From NCBI GenBank assembly GCA_000002435.2, contig CM018790.1: a DNA stretch of 64,000 nt; one strand, 5' to 3'. The notes below the pieces were generated by a model, which saw only the letters and a program-made list of their open reading frames with translations, made no database searches and was not told the origin of the DNA. A program made the translations under genes and the position numbers. Source of the DNA: Giardia intestinalis (Eukaryota). Positions 1-10,500 of the stretch are shown here, in pieces; position 1 is the first letter of the stretch; each line of letters begins with the position of its first letter.

Positions 1-3000
1 AATTGCTTGAGGCCTCATTGAAAGGTTGTTGTGCTGAGGCGTCTTGTCCATCGTCAGCAGCCCCACTTTTGAGCTTAGCAGTATCGACACCGTCACCGTT
101 AGATTCATCTGAGCTGCTGTCCTGCGGAAGCTTCAGATAGACTGTGTGGCCATCTGGTGGCTGAAGGGTGACAAGGTCGACTTTATTTCTATGAACGTTT
201 AGAGGAGAAAAGGGATTGGAGAAAAGGATGCTGCTCTGTGTGCGCTTTGCAAATACTCGGAGCATGGCGACAAGCTGCTTCGGATCCGTTATATTGAGCT
301 TTGATAGCAAAAGAATGTCTGCTCCTTCTAGTAGCTTCGCCAAGCCAAAGTCTTGGTAGTGTATAAGGACTGTCAGCAGTTGGCTGAGAAGAGATCTTTC
401 GATTGAGATATTATTTATTTGGTACAGCTTCTTGAACAGGACAGTCACAGTATCACACACGTGCTGGAACGTCGTGCGTTGTAACGGCGCAACAAAGAGG
501 CAGCGTGCGGAGGCCTGTGTTATCGTTGTATCCAGCTTTGTTTTCCCGAGTCTGTCATCTCCCGATGTGATTGCAATTCCCCCTGTTGCAGTGCCTTTTA
601 TGTCTGCAAGAAGAAAGTCTATCTCCTCTATGGCTCCTTCCAGTACTGTCACCCAATAATAGGTTCGAATGCACGTGGAGGTGTCGCCGGAATTAAAGTC
701 CAGCTCTCCCACTTTCAGCCCATTTAGTATCCTCCACAGCACAAAGTCAGGGAGTTTCTCTGCCTGTCTTAGTGCTGCCGTTTTGGAAACATAAGCATCC
801 CGAAGAGCCTTCATGGCAAGGGTAATGTTCCGCTTGGAGTAGTTGCGATATAGTATGTCAAAATGCTTTAAGTGCATAGCTCGTGGGGAAAGCATGAAGT
901 TCGTGGTTGGATTAAAGTCGGGGCCGATTTCATACGACATGTTTAGATATGCTACTACACTGTTAAGGTATCTCCACAAATCTTCGCTAATGTCGTTAAA
1001 TGAATCTATTAGCGACGTTGTCAAGCACAGACTATAGCTAAGTATACCATCTATCAGCACATTAACGGCATTAGCTTTATACACATCAGGAGGTAGTGTC
1101 ACATGTGTTGCCTCTCCAGACAGAGTGCAAGTCTTTTTCAATGCATCAACGTTCACGTCAGTGTCACATCCTGAGACTAGGATAAGATATTTTTGAACTA
1201 GCGCACACAAGCTAGTTACCATGACAATAAAGTTGTCTTTGGGCTCCTTCAAGTAAGGCTTCAACTTCTGAGACACTAAATCGTTGAATGAGTTCAGGTC
1301 TGGGCTTGCTACATTGCACGTAGAACAAAATATGCCACCTAACACGAATAGCAATTGGTGTAGAAGAACCATCATCCCCACGTGGATGAAATATCTGGAA
1401 TCGCCTTCATAGGTGCAAAGATACTTACACCGTGACGCATCTTTAGACGCGCAGACGTACGCGGAAGGAGGAGATGAGGAATAGAGCTCCTTGAAGAGAC
1501 TGTCAAAAGAGTCCAGAAGCTCTATGATACAGTTTCTGAAGTTGGTGCAGAATTCTGTTAGAGATCCAGCAGGAATGTCATCACATTTTAGGAATTCTGA
1601 TGTTGTTACTTTATTATGTAATCTTTCAGATGAGGACATTATCTTTCGAAGGGGGGCAGACGCTGGAAAGGTTTGTAGTAGGTCTGTTACAATAGAGCAG
1701 AACATTTTGAATTCAGACCAATTGACAGCAAGATTTACCTGTTCTGCTGCCCGCGCCTCCTCGTCTCTCCTGGCCTGTTCTGCTGCCCGCGCCTCCTCGT
1801 CTCTCCTGGCCTGTTCTGCTGCCCGTGCCTCCTCGTCTCTCCTGGCCTGTTCTGCTGCCCGTGCCTCCTCGTCTCTCCTGGCCTGTTCTGCTGCCCGTGC
1901 CTCCTCGTCTCTCCTGGCCTGTTCTGCTGCCCGTGCCTCCTCGTCTCTCCTGGCCTGTTCTGCTGCCCGCGCCTCCTCGTCTCTCCTGGCCTGTTCTGCT
2001 GCCCGTGCCTCCTCGTCTCTCCTGGCCTGTTCTGCTGCCCGTGCCTCCTCGTCTCTCCTGGCCTGTTCTGCTGCCCGTGCCTCCTCGTCTCTCCTGGCCT
2101 GTTCTGCTGCCCGTGCCTCCTCGTCTCTCCTGGCCTGTTCTGCTGCCCGCGCCTCCTCGTCTCTCCTGGCCTGTTCTGCTGCCCGCGCCTCCTCGTCTCT
2201 CCTGGCCTGTTCTGCTGCCCGTGCCTTCTTATCAGTATCTGCTTTAGCAGCAACACGCAGTGACCTCAAAGATTTAGCAGACAGCGCCCTGTCTCGATTG
2301 AATAATATTGGCTCATACATTTTTGCCTTTTGTGAAACCGTTATGCGCTTTGTTCTGATGAGTTTCTTAGTCATATCCCTTGCTCCAACCACGTATGCCA
2401 AGTCGTTACAGAAGTGGAAGAGCTCCGAGAATACTATTATGGTAGCTTCGGGATTATGAAATATGTCGTCATCGACCAGCAAAAGATCGTGAAACGGACA
2501 CTTAAAGGATGCAGTGAACACTAAAAAGTCGAGCAAACCATAGTCGTGCTTTTTCGAAAATGTCACTCTAAAAAAGCTATCGATGTTCCCCTTGGTCGCC
2601 AGGAAATAATCCTTTAGAGTAGGGTAAGGCTCCAAATTGATTGGGACGTTACCTTCATTGTTCATTAGTTTATACATACCGAATATGCAGTTGCCGAGGT
2701 CCCTGAGCTCATTGCCATCGAAGTCAAAGCCAGTATAATGCTGTGGTCCTGCTCTAGATAGGTTATTGAGTTTGGTATAAAGATAGTTCATCCAGCTGAT
2801 TAGTATGAGCGTTGCATGGTTGCGAATGGAAGAAAAATGCAATCTATGAGGATTTTGAGAATAAGATGCTGCGGACTTAGCTCTTCCTGCTGCTCTAGAA
2901 CACAGGTAGGAGCTACATAGATCCCCAGGTGCAAGGCTTACCGAAGTGAAGTCATCAAAAGTGTGTGTTTTTGCAAAAGCACTAAAACCAGCGTCCTCAA

Positions 3001-3442
3001 TGCAAGCAGAGCAAAATGGAACTGGAGTAAGAGTCTCCTGCTCGAGTCCTCTGACCATTGCGGTAGCCGTCAGGGTTGCTATAGTAATAAGTGCATCATA
3101 CAACTCTTGAGATCGATTATTGTGCAACAAAAGCCCGGCTATATCCGGGGAAATCCCTATGTCCCTCACAACTCCCGACGCTATGAAGAGAACGGACATC
3201 TGGTCTATCCCACTTGAAAGCGCGCTCTTGAGAGACCGAACAGATTTAAGGGAGAGTAATTTTAGCCGTGTAGCGCAAGCGAGGACCAGATAGCCGAGAC
3301 TCGTCCCTGCGGATAGCCGATGAACAAAGTCGGCACCGTCATCGCTAAATGGTTCGACAGGCAGCCTTTCAGCGGCAAGTACTCGATTGGCGTATCGCGC
3401 CAGAAAGCCTAGTGAGGGCCTCTGGAACCGTGGACGGTCCAT
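1..3442 (-). CDS. Hypothetical protein, 3' end outside the window; contains a roughly 13.6-copy 12-aa tandem repeat (EQARRDEEARAA) followed by a non-repetitive C-terminal part
   Basis: ATG is the reverse complement of cat at 3440..3442. My manual minus-strand translation in that frame runs through the repeat array to position 1 without a stop. It is absent from the ORF track presumably because its stop lies outside the window. The only polymorphism among repeat copies is synonymous in this frame. Confidence 0.55.
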   Translation of the reverse strand, partial: MDRPRFQRPSLGFLARYANRVLAAERLPVEPFSDDGADFVHRLSAGTSLGYLVLACATRLKLLSLKSVRSLKSALSSGIDQMSVLFIASGVVRDIGISPDIAGLLLHNNRSQELYDALITIATLTATAMVRGLEQETLTPVPFCSACIEDAGFSAFAKTHTFDDFTSVSLAPGDLCSSYLCSRAAGRAKSAASYSQNPHRLHFSSIRNHATLILISWMNYLYTKLNNLSRAGPQHYTGFDFDGNELRDLGNCIFGMYKLMNNEGNVPINLEPYPTLKDYFLATKGNIDSFFRVTFSKKHDYGLLDFLVFTASFKCPFHDLLLVDDDIFHNPEATIIVFSELFHFCNDLAYVVGARDMTKKLIRTKRITVSQKAKMYEPILFNRDRALSAKSLRSLRVAAKADTDKKARAAEQARRDEEARAAEQARRDEEARAAEQARRDEEARAAEQARRDEEARAAEQARRDEEARAAEQARRDEEARAAEQARRDEEARAAEQARRDEEARAAEQARRDEEARAAEQARRDEEARAAEQARRDEEARAAEQARRDEEARAAEQARRDEEARAAEQVNLAVNWSEFKMFCSIVTDLLQTFPASAPLRKIMSSSERLHNKVTTSEFLKCDDIPAGSLTEFCTNFRNCIIELLDSFDSLFKELYSSSPPSAYVCASKDASRCKYLCTYEGDSRYFIHVGMMVLLHQLLFVLGGIFCSTCNVASPDLNSFNDLVSQKLKPYLKEPKDNFIVMVTSLCALVQKYLILVSGCDTDVNVDALKKTCTLSGEATHVTLPPDVYKANAVNVLIDGILSYSLCLTTSLIDSFNDISEDLWRYLNSVVAYLNMSYEIGPDFNPTTNFMLSPRAMHLKHFDILYRNYSKRNITLAMKALRDAYVSKTAALRQAEKLPDFVLWRILNGLKVGELDFNSGDTSTCIRTYYWVTVLEGAIEEIDFLLADIKGTATGGIAITSGDDRLGKTKLDTTITQASARCLFVAPLQRTTFQHVCDTVTVLFKKLYQINNISIERSLLSQLLTVLIHYQDFGLAKLLEGADILLLSKLNITDPKQLVAMLRVFAKRTQSSILFSNPFSPLNVHRNKVDLVTLQPPDGHTVYLKLPQDSSSDESNGDGVDTAKLKSGAADDGQDASAQQPFNEASSN
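1738..2228. repeat. 36-bp tandem repeat, about 13.6 near-identical copies (unit cctgttctgctgcccgYgcctcctcgtctctcctgg)
   Basis: Period 36 is visible directly. The single variable site (C/T) is a GCG/GCA Ala third-position change in minus frame 1 but non-synonymous in the other frames. Confidence 0.95.
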
Positions 3443-3451
3443 AGTTTTTTA

Positions 3452-3458
3452 ATTTACT
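3452..3458 (-). terminator. Candidate AGTAAAT polyadenylation signal downstream of the ankyrin-like gene
   Basis: Minus-strand AGTAAAT lies 63 nt past the stop at 3521 and matches the Giardia AGTRAAY consensus. It sits within the A-rich stretch before the next ATG. Confidence 0.3.
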
Positions 3459-3520
3459 TCACCATACGTTTTTAGAGTCAAACTTCAACGAAATGCTTTT
3501 TGGAAAATGTACTAGATTGC

Positions 3521-4438
3521 TTAGTCCTCTACGCTACATATACTTCCCTGAGCGCTCCCCCTGTTGCTTAAGACGTCGTTCCGTTGGTCCAGAAGGGAGT
3601 GGTAATATGTCCCGGGCCACTGGGCGTCTATGATCTCAAGGACAGTCAACCCATATGCATTTTCTATGTGAGTAGATGCATTGAGCTCCCTTACTAGATA
3701 TGTGAAGCATTGGACGCTCCCCTTCTCATCATGTAGACAGTAATGCAAAGGAGTCTGCTTACCCCGCTCCTGTGAGGACTGCATGCTGATGTTCATACCT
3801 GCAGAGAAAAGAAGCCTAAGCATGTCGACCCTGTCAAAGGAACAGACGACGTGTATAGAGGACATTCCATATGTCCCCTGGTCCGATAGGCAATTGAAGA
3901 GAGTTGTGTAGGTCTTGGGAGCCGAGTCTAAAAAGATACTGCGCTGTTCTGGAGTTAATCTAGGGGATTGTTGGGGAGATAGATGCTTTGGTGACTTTGA
4001 AGAGTGGACGGATCCCGACCCCGAGAGAGCCATCCCGGGATCATCTGAAAAGATTGAAATGAGATACTCAAGGCACACTGTACCGTTAAAGATGATGTCT
4101 CCAAAACATGCCAAAACTGCTGTAGGGATCCCAGCAGCAAAAAAATTCCTAAACTTAGGGTTCGTGGCTACAGTGAGAATGGCGAACATGATTCGTTGAT
4201 CCAATATCTTTGTGAAAGTAAACGTAGCGGACGTTTCACCTGTCGAAACCGTAACAAGGTGTGCCTCTCCGTTTTGCGTGTGTTCAAGGGACGTTATGCT
4301 CGAGAGGCGAAACACTGGTCCAGAGTGAATCTTGAGCTGATCAAGTGTCAAAACAACGTCTTTGGTTTCATTTTTCTTTTTCCGCGGGCAGAGAATAGGA
4401 AGCTTTGCCTTGAAAATAAGACTCTGATCGGATTTCAT
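3521..4438 (-). CDS. Hypothetical protein with C-terminal ankyrin-like repeats (protein 21.1-like)
   Basis: ATG start (cat 4436..4438). The C-terminal part shows TPLHYCLHDEKGSVQCFTYLV and SIHVVCSFDRVDMLRLLFSAGMN ankyrin-type patterns. Confidence 0.5.
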   Translation of the reverse strand: MKSDQSLIFKAKLPILCPRKKKNETKDVVLTLDQLKIHSGPVFRLSSITSLEHTQNGEAHLVTVSTGETSATFTFTKILDQRIMFAILTVATNPKFRNFFAAGIPTAVLACFGDIIFNGTVCLEYLISIFSDDPGMALSGSGSVHSSKSPKHLSPQQSPRLTPEQRSIFLDSAPKTYTTLFNCLSDQGTYGMSSIHVVCSFDRVDMLRLLFSAGMNISMQSSQERGKQTPLHYCLHDEKGSVQCFTYLVRELNASTHIENAYGLTVLEIIDAQWPGTYYHSLLDQRNDVLSNRGSAQGSICSVED

Positions 4439-4471
4439 TACGATGGCACCTAAAATTTATTTTTCCCGATT
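4439..4471. promoter_or_regulatory. 33-bp divergent spacer between the ankyrin-like (minus) and coiled-coil (plus) start codons
   Basis: Both ATGs verified. Spacer is A/T-rich (taaaatttatttttcccgatt). Confidence 0.35.
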
Positions 4472-5866
4472 ATGGAAACTTGCACGCTGGAAAACTTAAA
4501 GAACTACGAAGAAATCCTTGCGGAGAACGCCGATAAGTACCAGGCCCTTATAAACAAGGCCAAACAAGAGTTTTCAAATCTCTTGCCACGGTTTAGTGAA
4601 ATATTGAATCTTAAAGAAACCATACGAGCCCAAGCTTCAGAAGTCGAGCGGTTGAATATTGAGAATAATGTACTGCTGACAAAGCTGACAGCTGCGTCTC
4701 TAGAGCGCAACGAGGCAATTTATACAGCACAACAAGCCCAACTGCAGGTCGCTGCATTCCAGAACAAGAATGAGAAACTCTTGGAAATTGTTCACTTGCT
4801 CAGAAATAATGGGGGAAATATGGAAGATCTTTTCGTAGCCTCTTTTGAGTTACCCCACAACGGATCTAAAAAGGGAGCAATCGGGATGCTTGGTCGCATG
4901 GAGATGATAAAAGAAGATAGGATGTTGAGCCGCCCTAACAGTGCTATCAGATGCACAAATTGCAGAGCATCTGCAACGCCTCGGGACACGCACTCTGGAA
5001 GAGAGGATGAGTGGATAGCAGCTGTTAGCGGTACTAACTCTGGATTGCCTGAGGACTTACGTCACGCACCGTACGAGGCACGAATATCATCATTAGAGGC
5101 GGAGCGCGACGGCATTCTCGATCTCTACACAGCCCGGATCTCTGAACTTCAGGGCTCGCTTGAGCGGGTGCGCGCAACCCTATCCGAGCGTGCAGAGAAA
5201 GCGGAGAATGAGCTTGATGCCACATCGAAGGAGCTTGTGCGCAATCTTCGACGTGCAGGGGATTTGGAGGCCCGCGTCCTTCACTTGGAAAGCAATCTAG
5301 CCACGCTTGCTGCCAAGGGCACACTTACCGCCAACCGTGTGCGTGAGGAGGCAGAGCAGGCCATTCGAGACGCAAGAAGAGAGCTCAAAGTCTTTGAACT
5401 AAACAAGCAGAAAGAAATAAAGACCGTTGAAAAGAAAGCAAAGCAGACCATTTCGTTCGACAACAGCAAGCTCAAGGAACGGATTGCAGAGTTAGAGACT
5501 ATAAATGCCGAGTTATCTAATAAGGTAATATTGACAGAGGACAGACTTCATCGCTGCGAGAAAAAGCTGAGAGAGATCACTACAGAGAACGCCCTTGTGC
5601 GCGAGTCTCTTCGCAACCTCCATTCCTCGGGTTTGCCAAGCCTGGCGCTGACAGGAATCACGAAGAGCTCCGGGACACAGAGCTCGCTAAAGCAGGAGTC
5701 CACCACAAATGCACCATCCATCGATTTACTTAGTATCTGCAGTGGGGGAGATGATTGGGTGACCATGTACGAAGCATACAATGATAACAGTAGTAGTGTG
5801 AGTGCGGCCGGTTTCCAGAACATTTCCAGGCGGGACCCAAAAAGGAAGTCAACCACGGATGGGTAG
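4472..5866 (+). CDS. Coiled-coil hypothetical protein (464 aa)
   Basis: ATG with A/T-rich leader. Long heptad-like charged stretches (ERLNIENNVLLTKL, ELETINAELSNKV). Starts divergently 33 bp from the ankyrin-like gene. Confidence 0.6.
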   Translation: METCTLENLKNYEEILAENADKYQALINKAKQEFSNLLPRFSEILNLKETIRAQASEVERLNIENNVLLTKLTAASLERNEAIYTAQQAQLQVAAFQNKNEKLLEIVHLLRNNGGNMEDLFVASFELPHNGSKKGAIGMLGRMEMIKEDRMLSRPNSAIRCTNCRASATPRDTHSGREDEWIAAVSGTNSGLPEDLRHAPYEARISSLEAERDGILDLYTARISELQGSLERVRATLSERAEKAENELDATSKELVRNLRRAGDLEARVLHLESNLATLAAKGTLTANRVREEAEQAIRDARRELKVFELNKQKEIKTVEKKAKQTISFDNSKLKERIAELETINAELSNKVILTEDRLHRCEKKLREITTENALVRESLRNLHSSGLPSLALTGITKSSGTQSSLKQESTTNAPSIDLLSICSGGDDWVTMYEAYNDNSSSVSAAGFQNISRRDPKRKSTTDG

Positions 5867-5872
5867 ACTGTA

Positions 5873-6358
5873 TCATTCCAGTTGGAGGGTGGTGTGATCT
5901 GCTCCGCATGCGCTGCACGTAAAAGTCCTGCTATCACTTGCATATTGCTTTGCAGCGATCTTGTCCACGTTCTTAATAAGCCCTATGCCACCCTCTGCTT
6001 CATCGCTGAATAGGCTCGTAAATCCCACAATGATGTCGGTGAACGTAATAATGGGAGACCAGCTTTCTGGATGGAAAGATGTGTAAGAAAAGCAAATGTT
6101 TCTATTTGTTTCGAACCGGCCGCTGGGGGTGATCATCTGGATGTTGGGTGGCTTCGTGGGATGTGCCATATCCAGGAGAATTCGGCCGTGGTAGATACCA
6201 TTATCATAAATAGTGTCCTTTGGCCCCGCGACTGAGAAATGCAACTCTAGAAGGTCGTTGTTCTTAAGCATGAACAAGCGCACCCCAGGGGTTGTCTTCC
6301 TGAGCTCCTTTAGTATGTGGCGTTGGATTATTTGTGGATGCTGTGGACGTACGCTCAT
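5873..6358 (-). CDS. Ubiquitin-conjugating enzyme E2, UBC6/UBE2J-like catalytic core without a C-terminal membrane anchor
   Basis: GIYHGRILLDMAHPTKPPNIQMITPSGRFETNRNICFSYTSFHPESWSPIITFTDIIVGFTSLF aligns with UBE2J2 [58 protein letters not shown]. The catalytic Cys sits in an HP..W.P context. Confidence 0.75.
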   Translation of the reverse strand: MSVRPQHPQIIQRHILKELRKTTPGVRLFMLKNNDLLELHFSVAGPKDTIYDNGIYHGRILLDMAHPTKPPNIQMITPSGRFETNRNICFSYTSFHPESWSPIITFTDIIVGFTSLFSDEAEGGIGLIKNVDKIAAKQYASDSRTFTCSACGADHTTLQLE

Positions 6359-6373
6359 TTTGAATTAGTTTTA

Positions 6374-7507
6374 ATGTCGGTCAGAGCACTTTCAGACGGA
6401 GTGCAAGAATTGCTGAGCTCACCACTTCTCACAGAAAGGCGTGTTGCTGAGCTTCTGGATCCCATTCTACGCAAGCGCCCCTCCTTGGTCCTTCTTGTAT
6501 TTTCTCTTCTTATCCGTAGACTGTTGCTACCAGATATTGGGCCAGATGCCCACAACATCGCACTTTTATACAGCTTCTGTCTTGACCGCACACACGTTGG
6601 GACTTTTGAAGGGCTTTCGCTGGCTCTAGAAACTCACGCAACACTCTTGCTCCAATGTGTGATCGTGGAGGGCAACTTGCGCTTTGAAGATCAGCCTCAT
6701 TCTGTGTGTGCACTAGTGCGACATAAGGGAGCTCTCTCGATAATATTCAAAACTCTGGCACTCACCCCCTGGCTCTCCAAAGAGGATGTCGCTGCTTTAG
6801 TTCAGGCGCCAATTATTCAGCGCCTCCGTGCCAGCGAGCAATATTCTCGCCGGCAGGAGCACTTTACAAAACAGACCAACTTTGTAACAGCGTCTAAGCT
6901 TATCGTCAATATCACACGGCAGAAGTACCCTTTGTTACACAGCAGATACTCCGCGATCCTTTATTCGATTGTGCAAAACTATGATACCCTTTTTAACTCC
7001 ATTGAATCTGCTGATAATGCTCCTCTGTTTCGGGAGTACTTGCACGCCTTACAAGCAGAAAGATCCAGTGCTGCCGGGAATTTTGCTCAGCTAGGCCCCT
7101 ACTTTAAGTGGCGACATTATCGAGACCAGATATTAGCTGCTGCTGCCAGAGAACGCTCACAGGATCAGCCGACTGTCATCAAAACTGTAATGATCAATAT
7201 ACGTGGGTTTGCCGAACACTCAAGAGCACGTAGCTCCAATTTTACTCTAACATACAATGCATTCCTGCGAGAGATGCTAAGGATAACCTCTAATACTATC
7301 CCTTTGGAAAATGAACTAAAGAAACAGGAAGAGATCATAGAAACCCTTTTGTCCAACAACATACGTGCCGCAGCCATAGCTCTTCCAACTAACACCCTTA
7401 AACAGTGCCATGATATGCTGATATTGGCGGGCCTAATACGGCAAGATGTTTTAAACTGCTCTGGAACGACGCTCTTTCTCTTGGGGGTGTCCTATGGTAC
7501 AGACTAA
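6374..7507 (+). CDS. Hypothetical protein (377 aa)
   Basis: The ORF-track start at 6317 is GTG and would overlap the E2 gene. The first ATG outside that gene is 6374..6376, 15 bp from the divergent E2 ATG. No recognisable domain. Confidence 0.5.
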   Translation: MSVRALSDGVQELLSSPLLTERRVAELLDPILRKRPSLVLLVFSLLIRRLLLPDIGPDAHNIALLYSFCLDRTHVGTFEGLSLALETHATLLLQCVIVEGNLRFEDQPHSVCALVRHKGALSIIFKTLALTPWLSKEDVAALVQAPIIQRLRASEQYSRRQEHFTKQTNFVTASKLIVNITRQKYPLLHSRYSAILYSIVQNYDTLFNSIESADNAPLFREYLHALQAERSSAAGNFAQLGPYFKWRHYRDQILAAAARERSQDQPTVIKTVMINIRGFAEHSRARSSNFTLTYNAFLREMLRITSNTIPLENELKKQEEIIETLLSNNIRAAAIALPTNTLKQCHDMLILAGLIRQDVLNCSGTTLFLLGVSYGTD

Positions 7508-7520
7508 AAGACTAGAGGTT

Positions 7521-10500
7521 TCATGATACTATGCGTTTTATCCTTTCCTTATCAAAGTCTATGTACTCTTCTAGCTCCTCTAGCGTCTTTAAGAACGTTT
7601 CTCGAGCCAGTAGGTAAAGACCCTCATAGTCCCTATATTTTCCCATGAGCTGATTCGCAAGTACGATCTTTTCTGCTTGCAGGTTCATCAACCTGATAAT
7701 GAGCTTCCCCAATCTTTCGCGACAGAGCTCTATCTCAGTGTGTGTTAGGGAATTTGGTTCCTTACAATATACTGGCAGTTCATTGCGCAGAATGTCTATT
7801 TTTTCCGCTATGTGTGGTGGAAGCATCTCATTATTAGCCTGAACATAGTCAGAATTAGACATGAACCCAGTTATATTGAACCGACCGTGGTATCCAGACT
7901 CACGGCATGTACCATAGGGACCCATGAAGTATACATCTGAATCCGATTGAGGAATGTATGCTTTGTCTACATGTCGAAGCCTGTTTTGCTTTGATTCCTG
8001 GCTTGATCCGTGATAGGTGCTATCACCCGTAAGATAGCTCCCTTGGCGTAAAGCGTGAGTCGCCTTGCTATCGGGATACTTATATAAGTTGCGATAATGC
8101 TTCATCGAAACGTCTGTCTTGACCACCAACTTGGGGTATATTAAGTCAGACAAGAATACCTTTATCAGTCTGGGACATAGTGCGAAATAGCTTGAAGACG
8201 TAGTACCAGTGATGGTCTCTAGCTCTTCAGGTTCTTCCGGGTTCGTGGCTTCAGAAAAATCATCCACAGGGGTACTGAGTGGGGCCATCGCAAGGGATTG
8301 ATGGTATGGCATATTAAGCTTTAAGCTTGCTCTGATTGTTGCTAGTCGCTCGGTTGGAGTAAAGAGCTCTTTAATATCATAGCCTTCATCAGAGTTCAGC
8401 TCCGGGCTTCCTCCCGATTTACGTTTGTCGATAAGAGAATCTTCCAGACTGGTGGAGGGAGCCGTTTTTGTCACACTGTGTGCGCCTGAATAGAGGGAGC
8501 TAGACACGTCATCCATCATGTGTGCGTCTGTCAATTCTTTAGAGTGTACCTTTTGTTCTGGTCGATCTGTGGCTATCCCTACTGTTGGTGACGAAATGCT
8601 TTCTCTGTTTTGGTCATCAAATGGCATGATCTTTTCTGGGAATATCCTAAGCGAATCATCTGCTTCTACGCTACTCTCCAAACATCTTACGGATCGATTG
8701 CTTTGATCTCTAACTATTACATCCGTATTCATGGTTTGGTTTTCTAGAAGGCCGTCATTTGACTTCGTGGCAATGAACGTGTCGTGGTTGTCATTGAGTT
8801 GCTTCTCAGTAAGTGCCACAGTAGTCGATGAGACAAGGTCATCGAAGTTAACCACCTGGATTGTAGTCTCCTGCTCTTCGGAAAATTCATTTCGCTTATT
8901 CAGGAACATTCTAACAATGTCCATAGTTCCGCTGTTCACGCTGGGGGTCACGATACCTGTTAAGTTTTGAAAGACTTTATTAAGCTCATCTGGAAGCCTT
9001 TCAGTATCATAGATTGCTTTTTCAACTATCCTGATGGCCTCTTGGATTGGATTGCTGTATTCCTCATAGACGTATATGACTCTTTGGCGCGAATTTGTGT
9101 GAGGAAATGGGTGTGCAGTGTAGTAGTAAACATTTAGACATCCGGCTAATTTGATTGATGAATCACCAGAGTACACCTGCTGTTGTATCCGTCGCCGAAA
9201 GATTTGTCGCGAGGTGTAGGAATGAATCGTGTTGCAAGACGATCCAGTATCAACTGAGGTTTCGTCGGATGCTAAAACAAACGGATAGTAATTATAAATG
9301 ATATTGGAGTAATACGTTATTGGATAGCCATCTTTCTCATCGGTAGCTCTATGTGCAGATACATGGTCGGCGTGCGTCCGTAGTAGCACTTCCCCAGGGA
9401 TGTGTAAGTTCGGTTCTGTGTGTACAGGCACTAAGTGAGGATTAGAGTATGGCCCCCCAAGGAACGATAAGCTGTCTTCGGGGTGCCCAGCCTTACTGTC
9501 TGCTCCCATGTCATAAGAAAGTAGTTGAGCCAAGATCTTCTGTTTTATCTGCTCCTCCTTTTCTGTGAGAAGTGCAGCCGATTGAACTATCTTGTACGGC
9601 TCCACCTTCTGAACAATTATCTTGGGCGTGCCGTCAGGTTTCCGCAAATCAGGTGGGTCGTAGAACCGCTTCAACCTCTCAGTGAACTCTCGAATTGTCT
9701 CTGAGTGAGGACAGCAATAGATATATTCTGTAGTCGATTCCTTACCGTTGTTTTCCGTCGTGATAGACACCCAATAGTAGTGCACATTCTCATGTAGTTT
9801 GTAAGCGTCCTCGTGGCTCTTCTTTTCGGCCAGGAGTGCGTCACTATAGCACTGGATCATAGAAAGCGGGTCGAAATAGCTAGGTAGCTTATCTTGTGTG
9901 GGTGTAGCCAGAGAGCTAGAATACAGCTCCGTCAGTGTCATAAGAAGCTTGTAGATATGCTTGGTATATAAATAGAACTTGGCAGTCTGGAACTCGGTGG
10001 CAGCGCTCTGCAGTGCAAGTAGTAATTTGAAAAACTGACCACCGTCCAGAGATGAGTATATGTTTTCGCTTTTCCCCATTAGATGCTGTGCCTTTGCAAT
10101 GTACGCGAACCATACATCCAAATCGTTCTGCACAGTAATGTCGGGAATAATCTTGCGCAGCTCCGGGATAACTATCTTACTGAGAGAGTAGACTGAAGGG
10201 AGACTGGAGTAATCAATAACCTTGTCGTCAAATTGTGACCTGACAATTAAGTACTCGCTAATAAGCCCCGCAATCAATATAGACACCATTCCGGCTTCAA
10301 CGTGCCGTCTGTTTTCCCTTAAAAAGTTAAAGAGCGACTGCAGACTAAATAGGCGCAGGTCCACTTGACCAACGTAGCAATCTGCCTGTGACAGCTTGAG
10401 CTCTGCATACAGATCCAAGTCGGTAACGGTGCTCCCCATCGATTGGATCTTGGAGCGCTCCTTTATCATGTACTCGCTTTCTATTACTATGAGCAATCTA

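Noticed and set aside
1738-2228. Could the regular 36-bp repeats be a CRISPR array?
   Set aside because: No spacers (repeats are contiguous), they lie inside a eukaryotic coding region, and the variation is synonymous. This is a coding tandem repeat.
1491-2459. Plus-strand 322-aa ORF and two other ORFs (1735..2256 minus, 1825..2247 plus) reading through the 36-bp repeats
   Set aside because: Alternative-frame artefacts of the repeat. The repeat polymorphism is non-synonymous in these frames, and they are not continuous with any ATG-to-stop gene. The minus frame-1 ORF from ATG 3442 is the coherent one.
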